Origin: Epiperipatus broadwayi
Taxonomy: Eukaryota > Animalia > Onychophora
Reading direction: 5' to 3'
Assembly: GCA_028023455.1 (NCBI GenBank)
Contig: JAQFVV010000002.1
Span: 11,656,001-11,720,000, forward strand
Length of the DNA: 64,000 bases
Numbering within the stretch: the stretch's first letter is position 1; every line of letters starts with the position of its first letter. A program made the translations under genes and the position numbers. Positions 14,791-27,883 of the stretch are shown piece after piece. Below the pieces are notes generated by a model. That model had not been told where the DNA came from. It was given only the letters and a program-made list of their open reading frames with translations, and made no database searches.

Positions 14791-14849
14791 AAAACAAAAA
14801 TAAAACTTAATAATTAGTTATTAGTGATTTTATAGAATGTAAGATTAAT

Positions 14850-16400
14850 GATGATTATCATCAAATACATCTATTATCAATCCACTCCAGAATGTACATC
14901 TCCCAAACATTTAAACCAATTTCTCCAGTTTATAACCTCCTTTCTCCAAATAACACCAAAAAATCCAGATCACTAGAAATCTCTAAATCTTCACAATTTA
15001 TTAAGATCCAATTCACAAACTTAAAATTCCACCTCTTCTAGAAATATGCCCAGCCCAGCACCATTTCACTATCTTAATTCTTTCAATAATATCAGTGATC
15101 CTATTTGTTCTCATGTCCATATATTTCATTCAACATACGTCTCTCCACATTTCATTTTAGTAAGAATTCTCCATTTTCTTCTTTGTCTGAATCTCAGATT
15201 TATATTTATGAATTATTGAAACACACACATTAAAAATTTTTCTTTAGTCCTTGATCAAAGTTTAATTTCATCCATTCTATCTACATTAAAAATCTGATCA
15301 AGGTATTTATAGTTGTTAAATTCTAGTTCATGATTATCAATATTTATTCTGAGAAAATCTATTGGAGCATTATGTATTTACGATTTATCTTCAGTCCTAA
15401 TTCTTTAACTTCATTTGATATTTTTGCAACATTTACTGAAACTCTGAACCATTATTTGAAAAAAAAAACAACAACTGTATCATCTGCATGTTGTAGATGA
15501 CTTAAATGAGATCCTTATACTTTCATTCCCTTAGCTTTCCATTTTAAACATAAAATACTTCTTGTTATATTGCTATAAAATGATTTAAAGACATGAAATC
15601 ACCATATGACAACACACTGAATCTATATCTTGACATTCCACAGCTTTAACCACAGTTAAAATGCTTTTATTATAATCTACAAATCCAAAGCATAACAAAA
15701 CTTAATATTTGGATGTAATGACAATTCAGTTTTTTTCATTAGTTTGAATACAAGGTTTGTTGTAAATAAGGTGTAATTACTTTGGACAAATCTTGTATAA
15801 AATGGATAATGTTCTAATAGATCTGTAATTTTTAATATGTTCTTTATTATATTTCTTAAATATCAGTACTGTGTTCTTCTAATTATCCACCATATCTTTA
15901 TCAATTAGACATTTGATATATAGATTTATAACCTTTTTTCTATTTCTTCACTGCTTCTTTTAACAAATACTAATAATAATTTCAACACTTCTTTGATTTT
16001 TCATAGATTTAAATGCATGTCTCATCTCTTCAAGTAAAATCCTTGGCAATTCAAAAGATGTAATTGTGGAATTTGTTTTATTGATCTTTACTATTAGATA
16101 ATTTTTATAGAACTCTACCACATATTTCATCCTTTTTAATAATAGTTCCATTTTGTCTTCTTATTTCTTTTGAGACTTTTATTTTCTTCTATAATTTTCA
16201 TTATAAATTGCATTATTAACTTCTCTAACTTTTTTTTTTTACCATTTTACAGAACTTCAAGTGTTCTTTTTAACGGCCTATTTTTAAATATTTTTTCCAT
16301 TGTTTTCTTTATACATTATCTTTTATCAAGTGAATTTTGGTAAGTAGCCCAAAAATTCTTCTAACATTATCTCTGAGAGAAACAGTGGCCAAAGACAAAT
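14850..16400 (-). pseudogene. Decayed RTE copy related to the element at 31497-34520
   Basis: ELPRILLEEMRHAFKSMK vs ELPRILNEEVRHAIKFMK; shared 3' end attatcaatccact. Confidence 0.8.
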
Positions 16401-16759
16401 TTTCATAACTGAACATTTAAAAAAAATCATCTAGGTAATGTTCCAATACCACTTAATATGATCTGGCAAAAACTTTTGTAGAAAAGATTGAATAAGTCTA
16501 AAACAAATTGCAAAGGATATTTGAGAGCTCTTTGCTATATCTATGACTCAAAGAATGATATAACTTTTTAACTGTAAATTTTTTAAATATATTTTATTTT
16601 ATTTCATTTTCCAGCATTTTTTTAGTTTTATAATTTTTTATTTTTGTTGGATGTGTGTTTTAAATAAAAATATTTCTATTTACTTAAAATGTATTTTTTT
16701 TTATCCATTGTTTTCTTCAGTAGATAGTTTAAATAGGTAAAAAAAAGTCTTGTGTAATA

Positions 16760-17050
16760 ACTAGACTACTGCAGATGAAGGCATCTCCAGCAGCTCTTCA
16801 TAGAGGAACAGCCAAGGAGAGGCAGTAGTGATCAGGTTTGCAATTTCTGGATAGTGAGCCTTTGAGCACTAGTCCATTCTTGACTTACTCCCCATTTGCT
16901 AACCAATGTTGGATAGTTTTGCTAGGTTGGCTATGGGTGAATTATCGGAGAAAAAATTCTTAAACCTTTTGAAAATAAATAAATCATTTGGCTTGAATTT
17001 AAACTCAAAGTCATAGGCTAGATAGGCGAATGTGCTATCAGTGTATCATA
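16760..17050 (-). mobile_element. tRNA-headed SINE with an RTE-like 3' tail
   Basis: Minus strand: degenerate B box gagtttaaattc near the 5' end; 3' end ggagatgccttcatctgcagtag resembles the RTE tail ggagagatgttcatcctgcagtgg. Confidence 0.5.
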
Positions 17051-18039
17051 AAACATTTCTATACAATTTTAAAAGCACAGTTTTTAAGCTTGGCCTCAGA
17101 TGACAAAATTAGTTGGTCGGTCATGTATATGCTTGAATGTAGGTCTAGAATTGAATCAAGAATAAGACTGTAATTGGATAGATTGAAAGGACTTAATCAC
17201 ATATTGAAAATCTTGCAGTGCTGAAAAAATAAATAAATAAAACCAATTTATGTTTCTAAACGTATGTAATAAATGATAAATTAAAAAAATAATACGTAAA
17301 CTCGTTCAAAATGTATGGATGAGAGAAACCGCATTACAATTAATTTAGATTATTTTTACATACGTATATTAAATAAACAACGTCTCTATGTCTAAGTATA
17401 AATATATACTCAAATTCATTACAGCAATTATAATATAATACTTCTAAATTGACACACTTTTTCGAAAAAGAAATTAGTTATTTTGAAATTAAAAACGTGA
17501 AGTGATGTGATGAAATTTAAATCAACAGAAATGTTTTCGATTGATATTGCCCATCTAACACGTGAAAGCAAAAGAAACTTGGTTTGAGATTACAAGTAAA
17601 ATAGTATTTGTGCAGCGCATAAGAAAGAAACGATCTAATTTAATCGGTTAACTCCCAACAAAAGACTCCATCTATCAAGACTCTTCAAAATTAATTTTCA
17701 TCGCTTTTAATATAAAATTGAATAACTTAAAGTAAAGGTTGTCTTTTTTAATATGTTAAAATATTATAAGTTTTTAAAAAGTAGTTTTTATTAAAAATAT
17801 TGGATAAATTGAACCAAATTTATAGGTTCGGTTTATACTTACATATGTATGTACTACGGACTCTTGAATAGGATTTTTAATAGTTGTATGCTTATAAATA
17901 GTTATTCAGCTTTAAAATCATTTAATTATTTAATATTTAAAGAGGAAAAAATGTTTTATAAAAAATTTAAATTGATTTTAAAAAATTTCGTTAAATAATA
18001 CTGTATTAATATCAAACCACATTAGTAAAATGTACTTTT

Positions 18040-18450
18040 TAAAATGTATTCCTATCTTCTAGACTCCTATGCAATATTTTTAGGATTGTTGCAGACTTAT
18101 AAATAGGCCTTACAAATTTAATATTAATAGTTTATTTAAAACTATAATAGCTTGGACCATCTATATAAAAACATTTTCAAGAACTTAAATTGAATAATGT
18201 TTTGTTAACTTCAATAGATAAATAACGGTAACATCTTTGGATTTTTTTTTTTCTATTCTCTTGTATTCTAGAAGCTTCTATGCAATATTTTTAATTATTA
18301 TAGGCTTACAAAAAGTAAAGTTTTTTTTTTTAAAACTTTAACTGTTTAATTTAAAAATATAATAATTCAGACCACCTATGTAAAAGTATTTTCATGAACT
18401 TATACTGAGTATTCACTTTGCATCCATAATAGGCAAATAACATTAACATC
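18040..18450. repeat. Degenerate tandem dimer of about 210 bp
   Basis: ctatgcaatatttt, acc.ctat.taaaa..attttca.gaactta and aaataac..taacatcttt each occur twice. Confidence 0.6.
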
Positions 18451-18904
18451 TTTCATTAGCAATTTATATTTCAGTTCATTTATTACTTAAAAGTTTTGAA
18501 ATAATGCAAGATACAATCCACTACAAATTCTCTTCATTATGTGTATCTTGCGTAATCATCTTCTTTATCTTGCAAATTAGGAAATATTAAAAACTCATAA
18601 AAATTATACTTCTTGAATTTCTTTAGTTTTAAACATTCTTCATATTTATTTCAAGCTGCATTCCTAGAATTGATAGTTCCGAGTGCATATCTAGAGTCAA
18701 AATTAATGGTGAAACTTAATAAAATAGAACAAAGATATTAAAATCATTTTACTGATTAAAATCTACTTAGCAAACAATTTTTAATTGCCTTACTATTTGT
18801 AATCCCAACTTTTGGATTATTATAACATATGATATACTTTGACAAGATTAATTTACAATCACAATGATCTTCTAGCTGATTATAACTCAGTTTATTACCA
18901 CTTT

Positions 18905-19008
18905 ATAATCAGTTAGTTTGAATATTATTCTTAAAGTTTATTCATTTAAAAATTTGATAATCAGTTAGTTAGAATATTATTGTTAAAGTTTATTCATTTA
19001 AAATTTTA
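18905..19008. repeat. 52-bp tandem duplication
   Basis: ataatcagttagtt.gaatattatt.ttaaagtttattcatttaaaa twice. Confidence 0.85.
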
Positions 19009-19303
19009 ATGTGTGCTAGTATTAGTTAGATTATATCCTATTCTTTATTGAATAAGATTTTAAAATCCTATAATTTAAATAATAATATTATGAATAAGAC
19101 TGGTTAGTAAGTTTTTGCAAAGCATCCAGACATCAGCATGGCTAATCTAAAAAGTGCTGAGATATGTCTGAAAGAGCCTATAAGTCCTGTAATCTGTAAT
19201 TTAATCACAAATTTTATTTTATGCATTTGGATAATAATCCCTGTGTGTCAAATAAGTCTTTATCAATGGAATTATATTTCTTATTGTCAAATTCATATCT
19301 CAA

Positions 19304-19306
<3 letters not shown>

Positions 19307-19337
<31 letters not shown>

Positions 19338-19358
19338 ATAATAATAATAATAATAATA

Positions 19359-19424
<66 letters not shown>
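19307..19424. repeat. Compound (TTA)n/(TAA)n microsatellite
   Basis: Read directly; it explains the poly-I, poly-L, poly-Y and poly-N ORFs at 19138-19493. Confidence 0.98.
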
Positions 19425-19427
<3 letters not shown>

Positions 19428-19599
19428 CAAACAAACAATTTTTATTAAGCGAAATTTTTTTTTACAAACTTGAAAAAATGATTTGAAATTCAATTAGATA
19501 TTATAAAGTGATCATAAAATAACAGACAAATACATATATAAATTACAAAAGATACATTTTATAAATACACAAAAAATATACAAAAGTAAGGGGGGAAAA

Positions 19600-22500
19600 A
19601 GAAAAAGAGAGAGCAAAAGAACCTATCTACTTATAATGGAGGAAAGAGACCAGATTCTATGTAGCATAAACAATGTCTGAAGAGGCATATGCCCATATGT
19701 CCTGTCTCTGTTTTTAATTTTTGAAATTTTATTATAAAACAGTTATTGTAATTTTCTAAATGTAGAATTGAAGAAAAATTACACACAAAAGGCAAACATA
19801 AGGAAATTAATAATTCTAATTGAAGGGAAAAGGTCCTGTTTCATTCTATCAAGGTAAACATAAGGAAAGTAATAACCTTAATTGAAGGGAAAAGGTCCTG
19901 TTTCATTCTATCAATGAAAGTAGAAATGAAGGAAATGTGTGATATAGTAACTGACTCAATGATATTTCTATAGGTAAGAAAAGCAAAATACTGGAACCCA
20001 AAATGATGTTTCAGAATTATGACCAAGAGAACAAAGAGAGTCAAAGTTAGCATGAACCATTCTTTGTGATAAGAAATGACTAATATATAGAGATTCTAAA
20101 TTGATTTTGATAAGGAAATAGTTTCAGATACAAGAATTTGATTTTAATTATTTGTTATTGGTGCTAGTAAGGTGAGGTGGAGATTATTGAAATTGACTAG
20201 TACTTGAGTCATGTTGTAAGCTTTCTAAAAGAATATTTTCCTAGAGTATGTGTGATGATTGAGGTCAATATAAGCAGCAATAGATTTGATTAAAGACTGA
20301 AAAAAAAAACCTTTATTGGGAAGAGGCATATCAGTAATGATGACTAGAACAAATTAATAGTATAAGGGTAAGCAGAACAAATTAAAAAATAGTATTAAAT
20401 GACCTCTGAAAATAAAAAGTAGGGATTGAGTGAAGGGCATAATAAGACATTTTTGGATAAAATCAAAATGGTGATGAGTTTTTTTTCATGAAGGTTAAAA
20501 ATGCACTTTAGGCAAGGAGATAAATATATTTTCAGCAGGTGTGAGGATAGAGTTCTGAATAAATGTTTTCATAGCATTCATATATTTATAAATGGGAAAT
20601 CCAAGAAAGTTATGATGTGGAAAAGTGAAGAGAGAAAAAATACCATTGCCAGAGAGTATACTTCATGTGAATGCCATATTGAAGTTAAACATGTTTACAA
20701 ATGTGTTATATAATCTTCCAGAATAGAAGTAAGGTAAGGTACTTTTTAGAGAGCAGAAAATGACAAGTTAATCAGAAGAATATTTATAATAGGCAGTTTC
20801 TTCTTTAATTTCTTTAAGCAGAAGATTTATATTAATAATAAACACAAAGCATTCAAAGATGGATCCTATGAATTAGAGTTATGGCGTGTTAAACCTGCCA
20901 TTATGAGTGAAGAAAATTTCTCTACTCATTGAAAGTGTATCTAATATGTAGAGAATAGGAACAGTAATGTTAAGCAATTGTAAAAGTTCATTGAGAGTGC
21001 CAATAGATGCAGAATCTAAAGCTGATGAAATATTTAATTGTATTACTGTGGTACCAGTTGTTGTTGTGGCTCTATCTTGGTTGACAACAATCTTAAACAG
21101 GGTGATACATCCAAAATAGAAGCACCCTTTTTAGAAAACTGACATTCTGAGATGGAAAGCAGATCCTTAATGATAAATTCAAAGACTAATAAGTAAAGGT
21201 CACATAAAGATAAGATGAAGGTTATTAAGAAGGGAATGATCCCAATGGATGCACCCTTCAGCCAGTTATGAGGTTGAGTCAAGATGAGTTTGGCCTTTTT
21301 AGTAGAAAGATATTCAGATAAAATAAGTATGCTTATATTACTGCTTAAGGGACATAACTGAAGGAACAGAAGCAGGGTCCTAAGAAAGTGATTTGTTTGT
21401 ACTAGTGTACTGTCTAATGACTGATTGGATGATATTGATAAAAGATAATTATGCTACAGTAGGTTATAGAGAAAAAATATCAAAATAAATTTCAGAGCTT
21501 CTGCCTCTGGTGATATAGCCTTAAGCAATACTTTTAATGTATCATTTTAGTAAAGAACAGGTTATTTATGAAGATCAATATCAACGTGCATGAAGAGCAC
21601 CAAGTGAACAGAAAAAAAAACAACTGGTTCCAAAAATGAATTAACTATAAAGTGCAAATCAGGTGAATAAAATAAAAGAGTTGAATGTTTTAAAGTATAG
21701 AAGAAAAAGGCATTAAAGGATGAAAAACCTTCACCACTCATTAGTTTACAATCAAGAAGGAAAAGATATGTGGCTACAAAATCAGTATAAGGCATATTAA
21801 AGTCACAAAAAACAAGAATAGGTAAAGAATTGGATGAAAGAATGAGATTAATATGACATTATTGATGTATAAAAATGGGTATGTTATATGAATAAAGGTA
21901 AATAATGTTCACTGCAAAGGCAGCATAATGTAAGATAATAATGATCATATTTTAATCAAGGTAAAAATTGTTAAAGGAATCAAATGGTACTTTGTGATAA
22001 ATTAAAACACATATCTCTGCAGCTGGAGTATTGGAAGTAAAGAACTACAAAAACCTAATACCTCAAGATATTTAACAAGATTGATATCAGAATGCATATA
22101 GTTTTAAAAAAGAAAGTAATATGAAGAGAAAATTAAGAGATTCCAATTCCTGATAGAAAACATGCATTTGGGAGAGTTCATAGCTCTCACATTGATACCA
22201 ATAGCATTCAAATGCATAAACTACACAATTTAAGCAGTGGAAAAAATTTAGGTGACAGAGAACCAATTACTTTAATATGCAACACAATTTAAACAGCAAT
22301 TGTACAGGCATGCCAGAGGTACATAGAGATAAAGCAATACATAAGAATTAGAATCTTCTAAAAAAAAACAATATTGCATAAATCAAAACAAATTTAACAT
22401 AAAAACAGATTTAATATGAGGAGAGACATACATGAATAAAATATGTTTAAAATTAAACATACTAATAAACAAAACCAAAGCAAAAGTCTGACTTTATAGC

Positions 22501-24400
22501 ACCCTGGTAGACACTTTCACTGAAAGGCAATTCATAGTCTATGGTCAACTAGACACTATCAGCCATTGCCAGATCAGAAGAACAGCTTGTAAGCTTCCAT
22601 ATTCAGGATACAAACTTGTGAGTGTCCAGTCCATCAAAGAATAACCTCTGTTTTGGCAATAAGAATAAAACTGTTATCTAATGTCTCCTAGTCCAATGAT
22701 GATATCTAGGCACATTTGATTTCAGGGGAAGTTCAAATTCAACCAATGTTTTCCTTTTTTTAAAAGCTCCTATAATAGAAGGTGCCTGCAACATGGTTTT
22801 CAAAGCTTTCAAATCATATTTAAACTCAAGAGTGCTTTTAGCATGAGAACTTGGATTATTTTTTATTACCTTCTTCTTCCTCCTGGGTTACCTCTTCTTA
22901 TACATTTGAACTTGTAAGGAAGAGATTTGAACCATTTCAGACTCAGTTTTAGCATCAGTAATCATGACTCCAATATGAAACGACCAGTGACAGTTCTTGA
23001 AGATTATGTTATGGCAGAAGTATACAAATTTCCATAAAACAGGGATACAGAAATGTTTAGAAATAGACTGTAGCAAATCTTTGAAATGCTGGTGACTTTT
23101 GATCATTTTAATCCCACCCTGTTAACAAAATCTTGAAAGTCAATTCTTAACAACATGGATTATTATTCTGCAAAAAAAAAAAAACATTGAGGTGAAATTC
23201 CTCTAAAGGTTATTATCAAAAGAGAAGAATCAGTGGCATGAAGAGTTGGGATGTCCATTGGTAAAATTCCTTTCTTTAATGTTATATTGACTATGCAGTG
23301 TTGGTTACTATTGGAATACTAGCTCTCATTTTTAACAAGTATTTGAAGTTTAATAAAGCTACAACCTTATGAAGCAGGAACTGACGATCTGTATCACTGA
23401 AGTCAATGTAACAGTTTTTAATTTTCCCATTAAGTAAGAGAAACCTATCGAGATCAATATAACACAACAATTTATCATTAAAAAGGTAACAAATATTTTT
23501 GAATAGCATTATGAAATTCTGCACAGATGTATTTACTGTTAGAATGTACTAAAATATGGTAAATAATGTTACATAATTTTTTTCCAGTAAGCACTGCATA
23601 AAGTTTGTCTAATAAAGACTTATAAAACTCACTTTCTGCAGTTGTAACTGCAATAATGAGCATTTTAGCCTTATAAAAATAATTATGAAAAGCAGGGAGT
23701 TTGTTAAATTTATTTGTGCATGCTTGATTTGATCAATAGTCATAAAATCATAATTAGATTCATTTATAAGTAAAATTTCATTAAAATCATTATTTAGCAT
23801 ATTAAACAGATCATTTTTGTCAACTTGTGACACCTCAACATTTACTTGAAGTTTGCAATGCATTCACATAACTATTTTTTTTTTTCACTTTTATTTTGAA
23901 TTCCTATATGAAGTTTAGCATTTGGAAAGTCAGTCCCACTATTTTACAACTTATTTGATAGCTGATTATTATTAGCAATTAATTTCACCAACTGGGTCAG
24001 AATTAGAAGAATTATTTAAATTAATATCACTAGCATTACTAACATTCAAGGCTGGAAAATTTCATGTTATTAATATCACTTGCAAATGAATTGGAAATCA
24101 ATTTTTTTTTACCAACATCTAATGTCTTCTTCATACTAACTGAAATCATGGCATGAGTAATAGGTTCTATACTTGATTGATGGAATTCCATAGAATATTT
24201 CATCACCATTATCTTCCACAATATCATATTTGTCAGTACTACTAACAACCATTATTAAAAAAATATCTTTGCAGACATTTATTTGTCTAACTCACATTAG
24301 AGCTTATCAGAAAGAGGAAAATTTCCAGTTCAATCCTAAACAGATCAGAATGACAAACTCCAAGTTTCTCTGACAAAAAAACATCTTAATACAGGATTAG
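19600..24400 (-). pseudogene. Decayed, near full-length L1/Tx1-like LINE (ORF1 with zinc knuckles, ORF2 with APE and RT)
   Basis: PQCF(F)nCRIIIHVVKN* knuckle at about 23140-23190; IGINVRAMNSPK APE start at about 22210; VIQLNISSALDSASIGTLNELL...FFTHNG RT motif at about 20900-21050; NFLGFP at about 20600. Confidence 0.65.
19794..19915. repeat. 63-bp tandem duplication
   Basis: aaacataaggaaa.taataa..taattgaagggaaaaggtcctgtttcattctatcaa twice. Confidence 0.85.
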
Positions 24401-26704
24401 AAATGCAAACAATTTAGTAAAACAGGTGACACCTAGTGTCTTATTATTATTTCTTTATAAGAAATTTATATGTGACATTAGCCCTGCATATGAAAATGAC
24501 AAAGAGTATTTAACAAATGTTTGTAATTATCAATAAAAACAATTCCCTCAGTATATCAGTAGTTGACAAACAGTGAAATGATTTTCAGATTTGAGGATTA
24601 ACTGTGCATAAAAGCAATGTTTTAAAGCCTTTTAGGTTAATGTATTAGTTCATTAAAGATTAGTCACTGCTTCTGATATAAACATCTTTATTTGCTTCAT
24701 TTCTGTGTTTCTCTCATTCTTTTCATTTTTTTTATCTTCCTATCATCAGTCACTTAAGTAAGAAAAGAGCTCAATAATCACAATATTTCTTATACATCAT
24801 TCAACTCTCTGTAATAATTGTGTCAATTACATATGTTACAATTCTAATTTTCCCTTCTGTATGGAAATATGTATAATTATATAAATATTAAACTGCAAGA
24901 CATAGAGAAAACAATGATAGAAAAGGTTTAGTAGACTACAAATCTTTAATTGTGACGTCACACAGTGCAGTACAATCAAAAAGTCACTTTGGAACAGCAT
25001 TTATATCAAAATTTTCATTCTGTAAATTGTTGTACATTTAGGCAACCTTATTTAGAAGTTGCACTGCTCACTATGAAAATAGAATAACCTAAAAAAGATA
25101 ATTTAAAATTACCTGCCTTATAGGTATGTTAAGTCAGTATGTTTGGTAGATTTCTTATTAAAGTGATAGTAATAATTGTTATATCAGTAATGATAGTGGT
25201 AGTGATTCAGGAAATGGTATCAAAACAATTAAAGTAATACCTGCAGACAACAATTCTTTACATAGATACTAAAATTCATAAATAATAGTAAATCTACAGA
25301 ATATAAATTTTAACATTTTTATAATATAGAGGATTTTAATATCTGAATATAATATGCATATCTATATAATTAATTAAAAAAATTTACATACATTAAGATT
25401 TCAACAAAAATAATTAACAAAAATAAGAGTAAGGAATACATTTTAAATATATTTATAACGTAGATGTTTTTAACATATATTTGCAGTATATATTGTGATG
25501 ATGAAATTTAATTTAAAATATATGCATATTAATATTCTATTTTCAAAAAATTAAACTTATTACTTTTGTATTTTTCTTTTTTAATAAAAATTGATGATGA
25601 ATGGTTTGCCTAAAAAAATAATATCAGTTATTTCATATGAAGTTTTGTAATATATATATATAATTTTTTATATTTTTTATTTAATAATTTTTTCAAGTTA
25701 CAGATTATTGAAATCATGAAATTTAAAAATATAGATACTGAAATAATCTTATATTCCAATTTTGTTTTAATAATATCAGGATACATGAAATGTGTGACAT
25801 TTGATGATTGGATTCTTTAAGAAATAAATGAGAATATTAAATATGGGGGGGGGGGACTATCTCATTTAATGTTTTAATATACCAATTATTTTTAAATGTT
25901 ATTGCCTGTCACTGAAATTTCTCCATGTTAAGCAAAAAATGTCATAAGATATAATAGTCTATATATGAACTCATGAAGTTGGTATACTTAACTTTAGAAA
26001 TGCTTTTCTTATTCAAATTTATGAAAATAAAGAAAAAATCTATAATAAATATTGTAGAATGTTATCAATTATAAGTAAAGTTTTTCCAAGAAGATCGTTT
26101 TCAATCATAAATAAATATGCACTTCAGACATGGTTTTTGTTGCCAGGAAAATGCAAGAAAAGTTTCATGAACAAAAATATGATTTAATATTACTTTTACA
26201 AATTGGTCAGGGCATTGAGTTAGTTAAATGAAAGATTTGTGGCAATGTTTAAATTTATTCATATTATTTATATTCAATGTGATGGAGTGAGAGGAAGTAT
26301 TATTATTCCTGGTGGAAAATCTGATATTTAAAATAAAAATTGGTTTCAGATAGGAATGTCTAATAGTTGCAACTCTATATTAAATTTTTTATCAATGATC
26401 TCTGGAATATTTTAAAATCATTCTGATAATGCAGGTATCAAAATGAGATAGAAATATGATATTTCAGTTTTAATTTGACCTAACTAAAAGTAAAATATGA
26501 ACTTCATCTTCTGGTTTTTGAAGACACAATATGCTGAAAATTTGCTATTTTTGCCAATTTAAAATATGATCTATATATTATTCTTGGTATTTTGAATACA
26601 ACTTATAAATATATTGGGTCCAATCATTATCAATCGGTAAAGAAACAAAACTTTCTAAAAACTTTTACTTTGGATAGATAAGTGCATGAGACTATAATGA
26701 ATGT

Positions 26705-27012
26705 ACTACTAACGTGGGTTTTAAACGTTCCATCATCAGACTTTCAATGAAATGGATGGCTGAAGATTTGTGAGTTGGAGTAGCTTGAAGCCTGTCCATT
26801 AAAGTATGAAGATTGACTATCTTAATATAAAGCTGAGCACTGATTGTATATATGTGTGGAGATGGTAATCTGGACCAGCTGATGATTTCTGGTTTAGCAT
26901 GAAATATGTATATTGGTGATTATTTATCTTTTCAACGTGTGTGTGATCAGGTGGGTCAGCAAAATGAGATGGCATGGAGAGTTGAGGGTCGTATGAAAGT
27001 CTGAGTTTGAAT
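26705..27012 (+). mobile_element. Family A retrozyme-like repeat, partial monomer
   Basis: Co-linear with 55462-55815 and the reverse complement of 34815-35100; contains an HHR. Confidence 0.88.
26874..26917 (+). ncRNA. Type I hammerhead, family A (stem II mismatch)
   Basis: accag CTGATGA tttct-ggttt-agcat GAAA tatgta TA ttggt. Confidence 0.8.
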
Positions 27013-27490
27013 CCCTTATATATTAATATGGAAAGTAAATTAGTTGGCTATAGCATTGTTATTTAGTAAACTTATATTTGAAAGTAAAATTTTGGATCAT
27101 TTATTTTCATTTCATAAAAGAGGCAGAAAAATTTCATTTAAAAATGCTTAATAAAATTTAAAAATGATGGCAAGACTGAAAAACCAATTAATATATTCTT
27201 TTATTGTTGGTTGTAACCTACTGCATGAAATGAATAAATAATAATAATCTTACTAAAAATATTTTATGATGAAAGTAAACCTGATTTTCTTGTGAAAATG
27301 CAGATCTTTTATTTATTACAAAGATTACATTATCAAAAATTTTCTGAAAAAAAAATTCAAAGCAAGTGATTACAAGATATGAAATAAACAAATTATGGTA
27401 TCAGAAAGTGATATACTTTAATAATCTCCATACTTCCTTTCTTTTTTATTCATCATATAAATAAAGGTACAATAAAAGACAAATGACCCA

Positions 27491-27530
27491 CAAGATGCAT
27501 TTCATGCTGAATTAGTCCTCATCAGTTGGT
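27491..27530 (-). ncRNA. Type I hammerhead, family B (core intact, stems I and II damaged)
   Basis: accaa CTGATGA ggactaattcagcat GAAA tgca TC ttgtg. Confidence 0.65.
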
Positions 27531-27843
27531 CCAGGTCATCAGCTCTCATATACATCTTTGTTACATGGAGAGTATTTATCTATAGCGAATTGTCACATCT
27601 TTATTTACAATCGCCAAACTTGCTCCACTCACAACCTCGACTTCGTACATTGTTGATAAACCTAACTACGTTTATCATTAATCATTTACTAAACTAGAGT
27701 TTTTCTCTAGCTACACATGCACATATATGGCTTTTCACCTTCCTTCACGTATGCGTATTATCGATTATTTTAATAATCTCCATACTTCCTCGTTCTTTTT
27801 TATTCTTCATATAAATAAAGATACAATAAAAGACAAATGACCC

Positions 27844-27883
27844 CCAAGATGCATTTCATGCTGAATCAGCACTCATCAGTTGG
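27844..27883 (-). ncRNA. Type I hammerhead, family B (intact)
   Basis: ccaa CTGATGA gtgctg-att-cagcat GAAA tgca TC ttgg; palindromic stem III ATGCAT; AUC cleavage triplet. Confidence 0.9.

Noticed and set aside
19138-19493. Poly-I, poly-L, poly-Y and poly-N ORFs
   Set aside because: Translation artefacts of the microsatellite.
24951-24962. Palindrome TGTGACGTCACA containing a CRE site
   Set aside because: Single motif with no supporting promoter context.
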